Positions 36,944 to 45,225 of a stretch of DNA of 64,000 bases are shown here, in pieces; positions within the stretch are counted from its first letter, which is position 1, and each line of letters starts with the position of its first letter. The notes under the pieces are model-generated. The model did no database searches. It worked only from the letters and a program-made list of their open reading frames with translations, and was not told the DNA's origin. A program made the position numbers and the translations under genes. The stretch comes from an uncultured Candidatus Binatia bacterium (lineage in GTDB: Bacteria > Desulfobacterota > Binatia > UBA9968 > JAJDTQ01), in assembly GCA_965215605.1 (NCBI GenBank), contig OZ244070.1:224001-288000 (forward strand), in the 5' to 3' direction.

Positions 36944-38035
36944 ATGACGGCGGTAAGAATCGGGGTCATCGGAGGCGGCTTCGGCACCCAACACCTGCAA
37001 GGCTACCGCGCCACCGACAACGCGGAGGTGGTGGCGTTCTGCCAACGGACGCCGGAAAGAGCGGAGGCGACCGCCAAGGCATTTGGCGTGCCCCACGTGT
37101 ACACCGACTACCGCCAGCTCCTGGACCACCCCGGCCTCGACGCCGTCAGCATCGTGGCGCCGCCGCATCTCCACGCGGAGATGGTCGCGGCGGCCGTCGA
37201 CCACGGACTGCACCTGCTGTGCGAGAAGCCCCTGGCCATGAACTCCGCCCAGGCCGAGACCATGCTTTCGCAGGCAGAAGCCGCCGGGCGCGTGCACATG
37301 ACCGCCTTCAACCACCGCCACATCCCGGCGCTGGCCTACATGAAGGAACTGCTGGACGGCGGCTACGTGGGCGCGCGCGTGTACCAAGTGGAGGCCCGCT
37401 GGTTCAGCGAGAACCGCGCCACGCCCGGCCTGACCCACTACTGGCGCCACCAGCGGGAGCTGGCCGGCTTCGGCGTGATGGGGGACATCGGCGTACACAT
37501 GGTGGACCGGCTCCGCTGGCTAATCGGCGAGTTCGAGAGCGTCTGGGGCCACGCCGACACCTTCATCCCGGAGTTGCCGGATGGGAGCGGCACACCGCGG
37601 CCGGTGACCGTGGAGGACAGCTTCACGCTGCTCGGGCGTCTGTCGGGCGGCGCCACAGCGTGCATCCGCCTGAGCGCGGTGGCGCGCAAGAGCAATTACC
37701 AGAACCTGGAGATCTACGGCGACGCCGGGATGCTGCGCTTCGTCTTCGACCGCAACGTCCGGGGCTGGGTGCGCGGCCACCTCTGGGGCGCCCGGGGCGA
37801 CGCGCGCTCCCCCGAACCGTTGGACATTCCCGAACGCTACACCCGCGGACTCGACGACTCCGACCCCCAGCGCGCCCAGGGCGAGTTCATCTTCGCCAAG
37901 CTCACCCGCGACTTCGTCGACGCCGTCCGCAACGGCACACCCGCCGCACCCACCTTCGCCGACGGACTCGCCGCCCAACGCGTGCTCGACGCCGCCCTGC
38001 GCGCCGCGGAGCAGGAACGGTGGGTATTCGTATGA
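36944..38035 (+). CDS. Gfo/Idh/MocA family oxidoreductase
   Basis: RIGVIGGGFG, LCEKP, GDIGVHMVD; AAGGAGG RBS. Confidence 0.9.
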   Translation: MTAVRIGVIGGGFGTQHLQGYRATDNAEVVAFCQRTPERAEATAKAFGVPHVYTDYRQLLDHPGLDAVSIVAPPHLHAEMVAAAVDHGLHLLCEKPLAMNSAQAETMLSQAEAAGRVHMTAFNHRHIPALAYMKELLDGGYVGARVYQVEARWFSENRATPGLTHYWRHQRELAGFGVMGDIGVHMVDRLRWLIGEFESVWGHADTFIPELPDGSGTPRPVTVEDSFTLLGRLSGGATACIRLSAVARKSNYQNLEIYGDAGMLRFVFDRNVRGWVRGHLWGARGDARSPEPLDIPERYTRGLDDSDPQRAQGEFIFAKLTRDFVDAVRNGTPAAPTFADGLAAQRVLDAALRAAEQERWVFV

Positions 38036-38103
38036 CCACAAGGCGACCTATCCAGGAAGCCGCATCAACCGTCCAGACAGAATTCACGAAGCACCCCGTG
38101 CAA

Positions 38104-38140
38104 CCGTTTGTCCTGAGCGTAGCGAAGCGGAGTCGAAGGG
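38104..38140. repeat. REP-like element at the left edge of the island
   Basis: ccgtttgtcctgagcgtagcgaagcggagtcgaaggg resembles the widespread GTCCTGAGC...GTCGAAGG short mobile palindromes. Confidence 0.5.
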
Positions 38141-38240
38141 CGCCATTCTCAGTCTCAGGCATCCGGCGCCGAAGCCGCCTCGGCCAAAAGCCACGAACAC
38201 GCGGAGAGCCGATCCGTCCGAACATCAAGGGAGAAGCCGT

Positions 38241-39824
38241 ATGTTGACACTCAAGATGTCCAAGCCCCACTGCAAGACAGAGCAAAGTCATTTCAGGCCT
38301 CACTCCATCATCCTCGCTCTCATCCTCCTGGCGGGTTTGGTGGGTTGCGACCAGCGCGAAGAGCAGCAGAACGAATCAAAACTCGCAAATCCGCGGCAAC
38401 CGGGAACCCAGTCCGCTCAATTGGATGCGCTGAAGGACCAGATACAACAACTGCAAAGCGCCTTTGGCGCGCAGTCCGACATTCTGCAACAGATACGGGA
38501 CAACACCATGCCTCCTGAGTGGGAAAGCCGCCTCGCGGAACTTGAAGAGCAGGTGAGCGACGTCAGCCGATGGCCGAAGAACCCCGGCGAGGCCGAGAGT
38601 TTCCTTGAAGGGGTATCCGCACTGGTCACTGGCCTCCCATTATGGGCCGAACCGCAGTACCTTCCGCGGCTCTCGCGGATCCGTTGGGCAGCGATGGTAT
38701 TCACGACGTTGAATGACGCGCCGGATGCAGATTCGCCGCTCGCCACGAGTACAACCCCAACGACATGCAGGTACGGCTGGAAGCATCTGAATGCGCCGCC
38801 CGATGAGGACCTGTCGCCTGACCAACTGGACCAACGGGTCGACCAACTGCGCGCCTTGGCGACAGCCACACCGGAAGGCACCGCTGAGGAGTTGGTTTCA
38901 CTGATACAGGAGTGCGCCAACGCACTCTCTGGCGAGGCTGTTCGGCGGCGCGTCTCCGAGGCCGTACAGGAGGCGGAACAACTCCTGGAGGGACCTCAGG
39001 ACGCCACCGCCAACATGGCAGAGGTTGTCGCGCTCGAACTCGATGCAGTAGAGCAGGAGGCCGTTGACCCCGACGTCGATATCCCGGCCCTGCGACAGAA
39101 GCTATACAAAGAGGTCCTGCGACGCCAAGCCGTTGAGCAGGTCGACGGTTTGCGAAGCGATTGGCAGACCGTACGGCAATTCAAGCCCGATCTACCCTCC
39201 ATCTATGAAGCTCATCAGCCTCAATGGCGTCAGTACTTGCTTCGGAGAGCGGAGCGCGCTCAACAGGCAGTCCGCGTGACCGCTCTCAGGACACTACTGC
39301 AGCAGGTGGCATCGTCCCGTATGGCACTGGTTCTGGACGGCGTCCACGCGCCGGCCCACGAACGGCTGGAAAGAGAGTTGCGTCATGCCGTAGCCATTCA
39401 CGAAACCGAAGCGACTCGCCAGGCTGAAGAGCGCCACGCTCGCGCGGTGCGGTCGTATCAGCGTTGGGCGCTTGCCGAAATCAGGAAGTTCAATGATCAG
39501 TTTCAAGAGATATCCGAAAAGGCTGTTCAAGCTAGTTCGTGGTTGGACACAGCAAGGGTGATCGTCAGGCGTAGCCCCGAGGCCCGTGGGCGTATGGCGT
39601 ATAAGGACATCGTACAGTATCGAGAGGTCCGACAAGCCATGATCGACCACCTCCTGCCCATCAACCGCGCTTTGCTGGACCTGCCCGTTCACAAACTCTA
39701 CGAACAGGCGTTTGAGAAAGGTTGGACGAAGTTGGCCGGACGCCGCGAGCAGACGGAGGTGGCGGAGGCCACAGCGTCGGCCAAGAAAGAACCGCTACGA
39801 GCATTTCTGGAGGACGGCTCGTGA
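38241..39824 (+). CDS. hypothetical helical/coiled-coil lipoprotein
   Basis: Hydrophobic stretch IILALILLAGLVG-C lipobox; 527-aa ORF; no recognisable domain. Confidence 0.6.
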   Translation: MLTLKMSKPHCKTEQSHFRPHSIILALILLAGLVGCDQREEQQNESKLANPRQPGTQSAQLDALKDQIQQLQSAFGAQSDILQQIRDNTMPPEWESRLAELEEQVSDVSRWPKNPGEAESFLEGVSALVTGLPLWAEPQYLPRLSRIRWAAMVFTTLNDAPDADSPLATSTTPTTCRYGWKHLNAPPDEDLSPDQLDQRVDQLRALATATPEGTAEELVSLIQECANALSGEAVRRRVSEAVQEAEQLLEGPQDATANMAEVVALELDAVEQEAVDPDVDIPALRQKLYKEVLRRQAVEQVDGLRSDWQTVRQFKPDLPSIYEAHQPQWRQYLLRRAERAQQAVRVTALRTLLQQVASSRMALVLDGVHAPAHERLERELRHAVAIHETEATRQAEERHARAVRSYQRWALAEIRKFNDQFQEISEKAVQASSWLDTARVIVRRSPEARGRMAYKDIVQYREVRQAMIDHLLPINRALLDLPVHKLYEQAFEKGWTKLAGRREQTEVAEATASAKKEPLRAFLEDGS

Positions 39825-39825
39825 G
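39803..39825 (+). repeat. 23-bp direct repeat, copy 1
   Basis: atttctggaggacggCtcgtgag; one mismatch to 42973..42995. Confidence 0.85.
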
Positions 39826-40039
39826 CCACCGTCCAGTGGAGCAGCTTGACACTACCACTCCGGCCTTCAACGTGTTGCCGGCTTGTGCTTTGCCTTGGGT
39901 TCTGACCAAATGGGCTGTCGATGCTGGTGAAAAGGACTCCACCCGAACCGACCGCCGGGCGGGATCGACACGACCCAACCGCGACGACGCGTCGATCCCA
40001 AGAGATGCCGGCCGCACTCAAAGGACTCATACGACATGA
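39821..40039 (+). CDS. small coupled ORF (72 aa), possibly a remnant
   Basis: GGAGG RBS and GTG overlapping the upstream stop (GTGA); its stop overlaps the ycjX start (ATGA). Confidence 0.35.
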   Translation: MSHRPVEQLDTTTPAFNVLPACALPWVLTKWAVDAGEKDSTRTDRRAGSTRPNRDDASIPRDAGRTQRTHTT

Positions 40040-41406
40040 TATTCGACTTGACGACGAAGAAAAGAAAGATTGCCATCACCGGCCTGTCCGGAAGCGGCAA
40101 GACGGCCTTCCTGACCTCTCTGTTATGGCACCTGCACGAATTCGACAACATGAACTTTGAACTCGACAACAAGGCGAAGATTACTCAATTTCGCGAAGTT
40201 CCGGGCCCACTGGCTTTTCCGTTCGAGCAGTTTCGGAGTCTCATGGCCGCGGAAGAGAGTCGTTGGCCCATGAAGACGACACACGACCATCGTTACGTAT
40301 GCACCTTCACCCGCTCTGACCAACGATGGAAACAACAGCTGGAATTCTTCGATTTCCCCGGCGAGCGTATCGCGGACGTGGGGATTGCGCTGCATGACGA
40401 TTTCGCCCTTTGGTCCCGCTACATGCTTGCACAATTGGCCAGCGACTCCTCTCGCTGGGACGCGGTCCAGGCATTCGAGCAGGATCTGGAGGCCATCCTG
40501 GCTGCATCCGCCAAACCGTCACAGAACGACACTGGGACGTCTTTCGACCGGTTGCAACAGGTCGTCGGCAGCTATTGGAGGCTCCTGGCGCGATTCGCAT
40601 TGAATTGCCGGCTCCTGGTATCGCCGTCAGAGTTCATGTTGAGTCGTCACGGCGATGTGGCCAGACGCGATCAACCGGATAAATTGGCCGAGGACCGGCT
40701 TCATCGTTCGGATCTGTCGAGTCGGTTCGCCCCGCTGCCGGCACACCTGTTGGACAAGGATCCCAGTTTGTCACATGCGATGCACGCGCGCTACAAACAC
40801 TACCGCAAGGATGTGGTCATGCCAGTATTCGAGAAAATGACCAGCGTTCACAGCCTGATCGTACTGGTGGATATCCGATCACTACTTCTCGGCGGCGTTG
40901 ATCGTTACAACGACAATCGCCAGGTCCTGCAGGCCTTGTTCGAAAACATGCAGGATCATTCCTCCATCCGCCGCCTGTTCAGGAAATTGAAATTTTGGTC
41001 ACCCGCGGTGCAACGGGTGGCCTTTGTCGCCACAAAAGCCGACCTCGTCAGGAAGGACGACCTGGACAAGGGTCGCATGAAGTCCTTGTTGCACAGCATG
41101 ACTCGGCGCGTAAAGGAACTGTGTCCCAAAGCAGACGTAAGATGGTTTGATTGCAGCTCCTGCGTCTCCACCTTTCGGACGGACAAGATGGACGATGACA
41201 AGCTGGGCGGTGTCCCGGTCCACGACAACAATCCAAACCGTTCAGACATGGAGTTTTTCGTGTCCTCGTTGCCAGAGGATTGGCCGGACGACTGGGATCC
41301 GGATTGTTACCAGTTCCCCGATGTGGCCCCTCGTTTGCCGCGCAATCGCCAGAGGCCTCCTCGGCATCGAAATCTGGACGCCGTATTCGACTTTGTCGCC
41401 AAGTAG
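40036..41406 (+). CDS. ycjX: YcjX-family P-loop NTPase (GTPase-like)
   Basis: IAITGLSGSGKTAFLTSL, WP.KT, DFPGE, IVLVD, FVATKAD motifs; adjacent to a YcjF-like gene. Confidence 0.8.
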   Translation: MIFDLTTKKRKIAITGLSGSGKTAFLTSLLWHLHEFDNMNFELDNKAKITQFREVPGPLAFPFEQFRSLMAAEESRWPMKTTHDHRYVCTFTRSDQRWKQQLEFFDFPGERIADVGIALHDDFALWSRYMLAQLASDSSRWDAVQAFEQDLEAILAASAKPSQNDTGTSFDRLQQVVGSYWRLLARFALNCRLLVSPSEFMLSRHGDVARRDQPDKLAEDRLHRSDLSSRFAPLPAHLLDKDPSLSHAMHARYKHYRKDVVMPVFEKMTSVHSLIVLVDIRSLLLGGVDRYNDNRQVLQALFENMQDHSSIRRLFRKLKFWSPAVQRVAFVATKADLVRKDDLDKGRMKSLLHSMTRRVKELCPKADVRWFDCSSCVSTFRTDKMDDDKLGGVPVHDNNPNRSDMEFFVSSLPEDWPDDWDPDCYQFPDVAPRLPRNRQRPPRHRNLDAVFDFVAK

Positions 41407-41417
41407 GGAGGGCTGCC

Positions 41418-42890
41418 ATGGATACCAAAACAACGGACAAGGATACACCGGGATCACGGCAGGGCGACCACGGGTTGGGAACACCCCGATCCCGGATGGA
41501 CGGCGCCCGAGTGCTGAGCGATCAGGAGATCGAGGAAACGCAGCGCCTGGAACAGGAGGAGTCGCGGCAGCAGTCCGACACGGAACCGCAACAATTCGCA
41601 ACCGTGAAACCCAACACCACGACTACAGAGCCCCCGGAACCGGCGACAGGCGACCACCGGTCGGAAACACATCCATCTCCGCGGGACGCCGCCGCCGTGC
41701 TGAGTGTTCAGGAGATCGAAAGGACGCCTCGCCTGGTCGACGAGGAGTCACGGCAGAGTTCCGACACGGAACCGCGGCAGCTCGCAAAAGTGGATGCCGA
41801 GACCACGACCACAGACTCTCCCGAACTGAGGCAGGGTGACCACGGGTTGGGAACACCCCGATCCCGGATGGACGGCGCCCGAGTCTTGAGCGAACAGGAG
41901 ATCGAAGAGGCCAGGCGCGTGGAGGACGAAGCGTTGCGGCGACAGTTCGAGAAGGAGCTGCAACAGCCCGCGGCCTTCGCGTTGCCCTCCGGCATCCGTC
42001 GCGCCCTGACTTGGAGCGGGCTTGCCTTGGCGGCCGTGCTCGGACTCTTCGTCGTGTCTCAGTTTACGGCGGCCGTTACCAGCATCGCGACCCTCCCGGT
42101 ACCGTTCGACTGGATCGTGGGCCTTTTGGCCGTTCTCTTTGCCGGGATTCTGAGTTGGATGATATTACGACTCGCCGTCGCGCTGTTCCGTTTGCAGCGC
42201 AGCCCATCCGTCAACCTCCGCGCGATCCAGGCCCTTCAAGAGCGCCGGCACATGCAGGCTCTGGTCGCGGAACATGCAGAACAGGCCATTCACGAATTGC
42301 GGAATTACCTTGAAAACTACCAACTCAACGACGAGGCTCGCAGGCGTTTGAAGGGCCTCGGCTTGACCGACGGCGAGTGGGACGACCTTGTATTCGCGCG
42401 GCGGTCGCTCTTGGCGAACGACGAATCCATGCCGGCGGACGCGTGGCTCTCGGCGTTCCGCAGCCAGTTCCAGTCGGTCCTGGATGGCGCGGCGGAACGT
42501 CGTGTCAGACATTACGCCAAGCATGTGGGGCTTGGTACGGCCCTTGCTCCGTTAGCCGTGCTCGACAACGCAGTCGTGCTGTACGCATGCGTAGCTTTGA
42601 TCAAGGATCTCACGTTCCTCTACGGACTGCGCCCGGCACTCGGGCAGACAGCGACGATTCTGGCACGTTCGATAATACAAACTTACCTTGGCGGGCTGTC
42701 CCAGCAAGGCGCTGCCGCGGTCTCCGACAACTTACAGAGCACCTTGCAGAGCGAAATGAGCGGATTTCTGGCATCAACACTATCCGTTGTGGCCACCAAG
42801 GTTACGGAAGGAGCCGTGAATGGTGTTCTCCTGTGGCGGCTGGGGAGACGGGCGATTACTTTCCTTCAACCCGTACAGCCCGCCGACTGA
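41418..42890 (+). CDS. ycjF: YcjF/UPF0283-family membrane protein with repetitive N-terminal extension
   Basis: Two TM helices, LDGAAERRV, TALAPLAVLD, LYGLRP, EGAVNGVLLWRLGRRAI..LQP C-terminus typical of YcjF. Confidence 0.75.
   Translation: MDTKTTDKDTPGSRQGDHGLGTPRSRMDGARVLSDQEIEETQRLEQEESRQQSDTEPQQFATVKPNTTTTEPPEPATGDHRSETHPSPRDAAAVLSVQEIERTPRLVDEESRQSSDTEPRQLAKVDAETTTTDSPELRQGDHGLGTPRSRMDGARVLSEQEIEEARRVEDEALRRQFEKELQQPAAFALPSGIRRALTWSGLALAAVLGLFVVSQFTAAVTSIATLPVPFDWIVGLLAVLFAGILSWMILRLAVALFRLQRSPSVNLRAIQALQERRHMQALVAEHAEQAIHELRNYLENYQLNDEARRRLKGLGLTDGEWDDLVFARRSLLANDESMPADAWLSAFRSQFQSVLDGAAERRVRHYAKHVGLGTALAPLAVLDNAVVLYACVALIKDLTFLYGLRPALGQTATILARSIIQTYLGGLSQQGAAAVSDNLQSTLQSEMSGFLASTLSVVATKVTEGAVNGVLLWRLGRRAITFLQPVQPAD
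41457..41930 (+). repeat. 186-bp (62-aa) intragenic tandem repeat, about 2.5 copies
   Basis: gaccac... recurs at 41466, 41652 and 41838; GDHGLGTPRSRMDGARVLS(D/E)QEIEE is near-identical in copies 1 and 3. Confidence 0.9.
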
Positions 42891-42972
42891 ATGTCGCGGC
42901 CGAGCCTATCGTTGACGGAGTTGCGAACGCCGTTGGCGGTGATTCGGAGGCCGAAATGAACCCATCGCAGGA

Positions 42973-42995
42973 ATTTCTGGAGGACGGGTCGTGAG
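42973..42995 (+). repeat. 23-bp direct repeat, copy 2
   Basis: atttctggaggacggGtcgtgag; supplies the RBS and GTG start of the downstream ORF. Confidence 0.85.
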
Positions 42996-44385
42996 AATCC
43001 ATCAGTTAATCGCTGTAACCGTGTTCGTATTGGCCACGACGGTTTTCAACGCAGTACCAGCCGTCTCGAACGCCTCAACCCTGAGCCTGCCCCTGACACC
43101 ACGGGAACAGGCGGCCCGGCTTTGGTTCGTGGCCACACCGGAGACGGCACAAAAGCTCTTTCCGTCTGCGGAAGCCAAGCCCAAATACTATTTTCAGCGC
43201 GACTATCGACGCGAGTATGGTGGCGCGCTGTTGTATGATCGAGCCCGTCTGGCGGAAAGAATAGGGGAGCAGGGGCGCGCCAGATTCGCTGCGGAGCGCG
43301 GTTGGAGCCAGTTGCTCGGCTCCAGGAACCGCGGCATGCGCCAAGGACCGGACTCCGTGCATTGGGACCGCCGGACGGGTTTCGTCCGTGTGATCGAAGC
43401 GAAAGGAGGCAACTCCAGGCCCACTATCTCCTACGGTTCTTCACAGGGCACGAACCCAAATACGATCTGGTCTGCTCGAAGGGTCCTCATGTCGCCAAAC
43501 GCAACCAGACAAGCCCGGGTCGCGTCGGCCCGCGTAATCGTGGCCGCGCAGAAGAATCGCCTTGTCACGGGTGTCGTAAGGACCCCTCACACGATGGGCC
43601 GGCCCGGTGAGCCCCAGCTCGAGGGTCGGTGGAATCGCGCCAACGTGAGGGGGGAGGCGCGCGTGATCGAACGAGCGGTGACCCGGGAGAGTTCCGATGC
43701 TCGACAAATCTTCCGGGAAGCGCGGAGGGGCCAGTCCGCCGCAATGCTGAAATACCGAGCCGGACAGGGCGTGGCAATCCTCGGCCTTGCAGGGGCGGCC
43801 GGACTGGCGTGGGATGCGTACCAGCAGGCCGGGGTCGCATGGGAAATGTTCAACGATCCTACCCTGCAAGGGAGTCTCCTGCCCCACATGCAGACAAGCG
43901 TCGCCATCGGCAGGATCGGCCAAGCAACAGCCCTGGGCGTGAGTTCCGCCGCTCGATTGACGACTTTCAATCTGGCCGCAAGCAGGGTACTGGTCCCGGC
44001 CGCCAACGCCGCGTTGCTGCCTGTCACGTTCGCGGCAGAGGGACTTCGGCTGGTTACGGCGTATCACGAGTACAACCTGGGCCGCATCAGTCGGCGTGAT
44101 CTATACCGTCGCGCCACTCCGACGGCGGTCTACGCCGGGGCTACAACCGTTGGCGCCATCGTTGGCGCCATCGCTGCTTTTCCGGCCGGCGGCGTGACTG
44201 CGGGAGCGGGAGCTTGGACCGGCGCCACGATCGGCGGCATCATAGCGATACCGTTCCAGTTTGGCGCTGATTATCTCTGGGGATGGTACTACCAGGGCTT
44301 CGACGCCAGTCAGCGCCGCCACGTGGATGAGGCCGTCTATAGGCACTATGGCCTTGAAGCCGCCAACGGAGCGGGTCCGCACTGA
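42991..44385 (+). CDS. hypothetical exported protein with PD-(D/E)xK-like motif and C-terminal Gly/Ala-rich hydrophobic helices
   Basis: Signal-like N-terminus; GEQG...QGPDSV...VIEAKGG; GATTVGAIVGAIAA...GAWTGATIGGII glycine-zipper-like tail. Confidence 0.55.
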   Translation: MRIHQLIAVTVFVLATTVFNAVPAVSNASTLSLPLTPREQAARLWFVATPETAQKLFPSAEAKPKYYFQRDYRREYGGALLYDRARLAERIGEQGRARFAAERGWSQLLGSRNRGMRQGPDSVHWDRRTGFVRVIEAKGGNSRPTISYGSSQGTNPNTIWSARRVLMSPNATRQARVASARVIVAAQKNRLVTGVVRTPHTMGRPGEPQLEGRWNRANVRGEARVIERAVTRESSDARQIFREARRGQSAAMLKYRAGQGVAILGLAGAAGLAWDAYQQAGVAWEMFNDPTLQGSLLPHMQTSVAIGRIGQATALGVSSAARLTTFNLAASRVLVPAANAALLPVTFAAEGLRLVTAYHEYNLGRISRRDLYRRATPTAVYAGATTVGAIVGAIAAFPAGGVTAGAGAWTGATIGGIIAIPFQFGADYLWGWYYQGFDASQRRHVDEAVYRHYGLEAANGAGPH

Positions 44386-44444
44386 CGGCTGAGGTGGGAG
44401 GACTCTATTGCGGATGTGCGGTCACGTTAGCGTCCAGGACGGGA

Positions 44445-44653
44445 TCATGCCGGCTCGTCGTGCTGCGCCGCCGCTGCGAGGCGCTCCTTGAGAGCGCGGA
44501 ACCGTGGCTCGTCGATCCCCGTCGCCGACGTGATCACATCCCAGCTCACGCCGATTCTCAGAAAGCCTTGACGGCCTCTACCTTGCCGCGCTGCAAGCCT
44601 TCTTCCTTGCCCTCCGCCCGGCCTTCCTCCAGAAGTTCTTGAGCGTATGACAT
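44445..44653 (-). pseudogene. frameshifted Rpn/YhgA-like C-terminal fragment (RpnS-like)
   Basis: GGAGGAGG RBS, MSYAQELLEEGRAEGKEEGLQRGKVEAVK; after a 1-bp shift the sequence continues LRIGVSWDVITSATGIDEPRFRALKERL... Confidence 0.65.
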
Positions 44654-44703
44654 GATTCCTCCTCCTTGGCCGTCAAGAGGCGGCGGCATGGCCGCCCAAG
44701 CCC

Positions 44704-45225
44704 CTACAGCGGCGGGATGAAGGCTCCGAAGATGACGCCGGCGAAGAGGTCGACGGCCAGCGTTTCCTCGAAGATGAAGTAGAAGAAGCCCAACGCCAGG
44801 GCGGTGATGAAGACCGCCCCGGGCCAGCCGATGCCGCCCTGCAAACGCGTGAATGCCAAGGCGAACACCAGGGTGGAGACGTAGAAGCCGGTGATGAACA
44901 CGAGCACCCCGAAGACGACGAACCACAGGAACATGCGGGTGATGAGGCCCATCTCACCGGCCTTCGGGCCTGTCTCGACTTCCTCGCCGGGGATGCTGCC
45001 TTCGGTTCCCGCGGCCGAGCTGAGGACGTCTTCAAGGCTCACCTCGAAGGCCGACATGATGCGGGGGTAGCGCTCGCCGGCCAGACACAGAATCGCCAGC
45101 GCCACCGTCGGGAACGACAGCACCAGCGGCACGAAGCCCGCCATGCCGCCGTACGAGAACGACCACCCGAAGAACAGCAGCGACGTGGACACCAGGATCA
45201 CACCGAGGAGCGTAGAGCCTTTCAT
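44704..45225 (-). CDS. tctB: tripartite tricarboxylate transporter TctB-like
   Basis: About 4-5 TM, ATGA overlap with tctA. Confidence 0.7.
   Translation of the reverse strand: MKGSTLLGVILVSTSLLFFGWSFSYGGMAGFVPLVLSFPTVALAILCLAGERYPRIMSAFEVSLEDVLSSAAGTEGSIPGEEVETGPKAGEMGLITRMFLWFVVFGVLVFITGFYVSTLVFALAFTRLQGGIGWPGAVFITALALGFFYFIFEETLAVDLFAGVIFGAFIPPL

Noticed and set aside
41457-41930. CRISPR-like array
   Set aside because: The repeats are 186-bp in-frame coding duplications without unique spacers, and no cas genes are present.
35405-44653. selC as the integration site of the 38-44 kb island
   Set aside because: No integrase, no duplicated tRNA 3' end seen, and ordinary MFS and oxidoreductase genes intervene.
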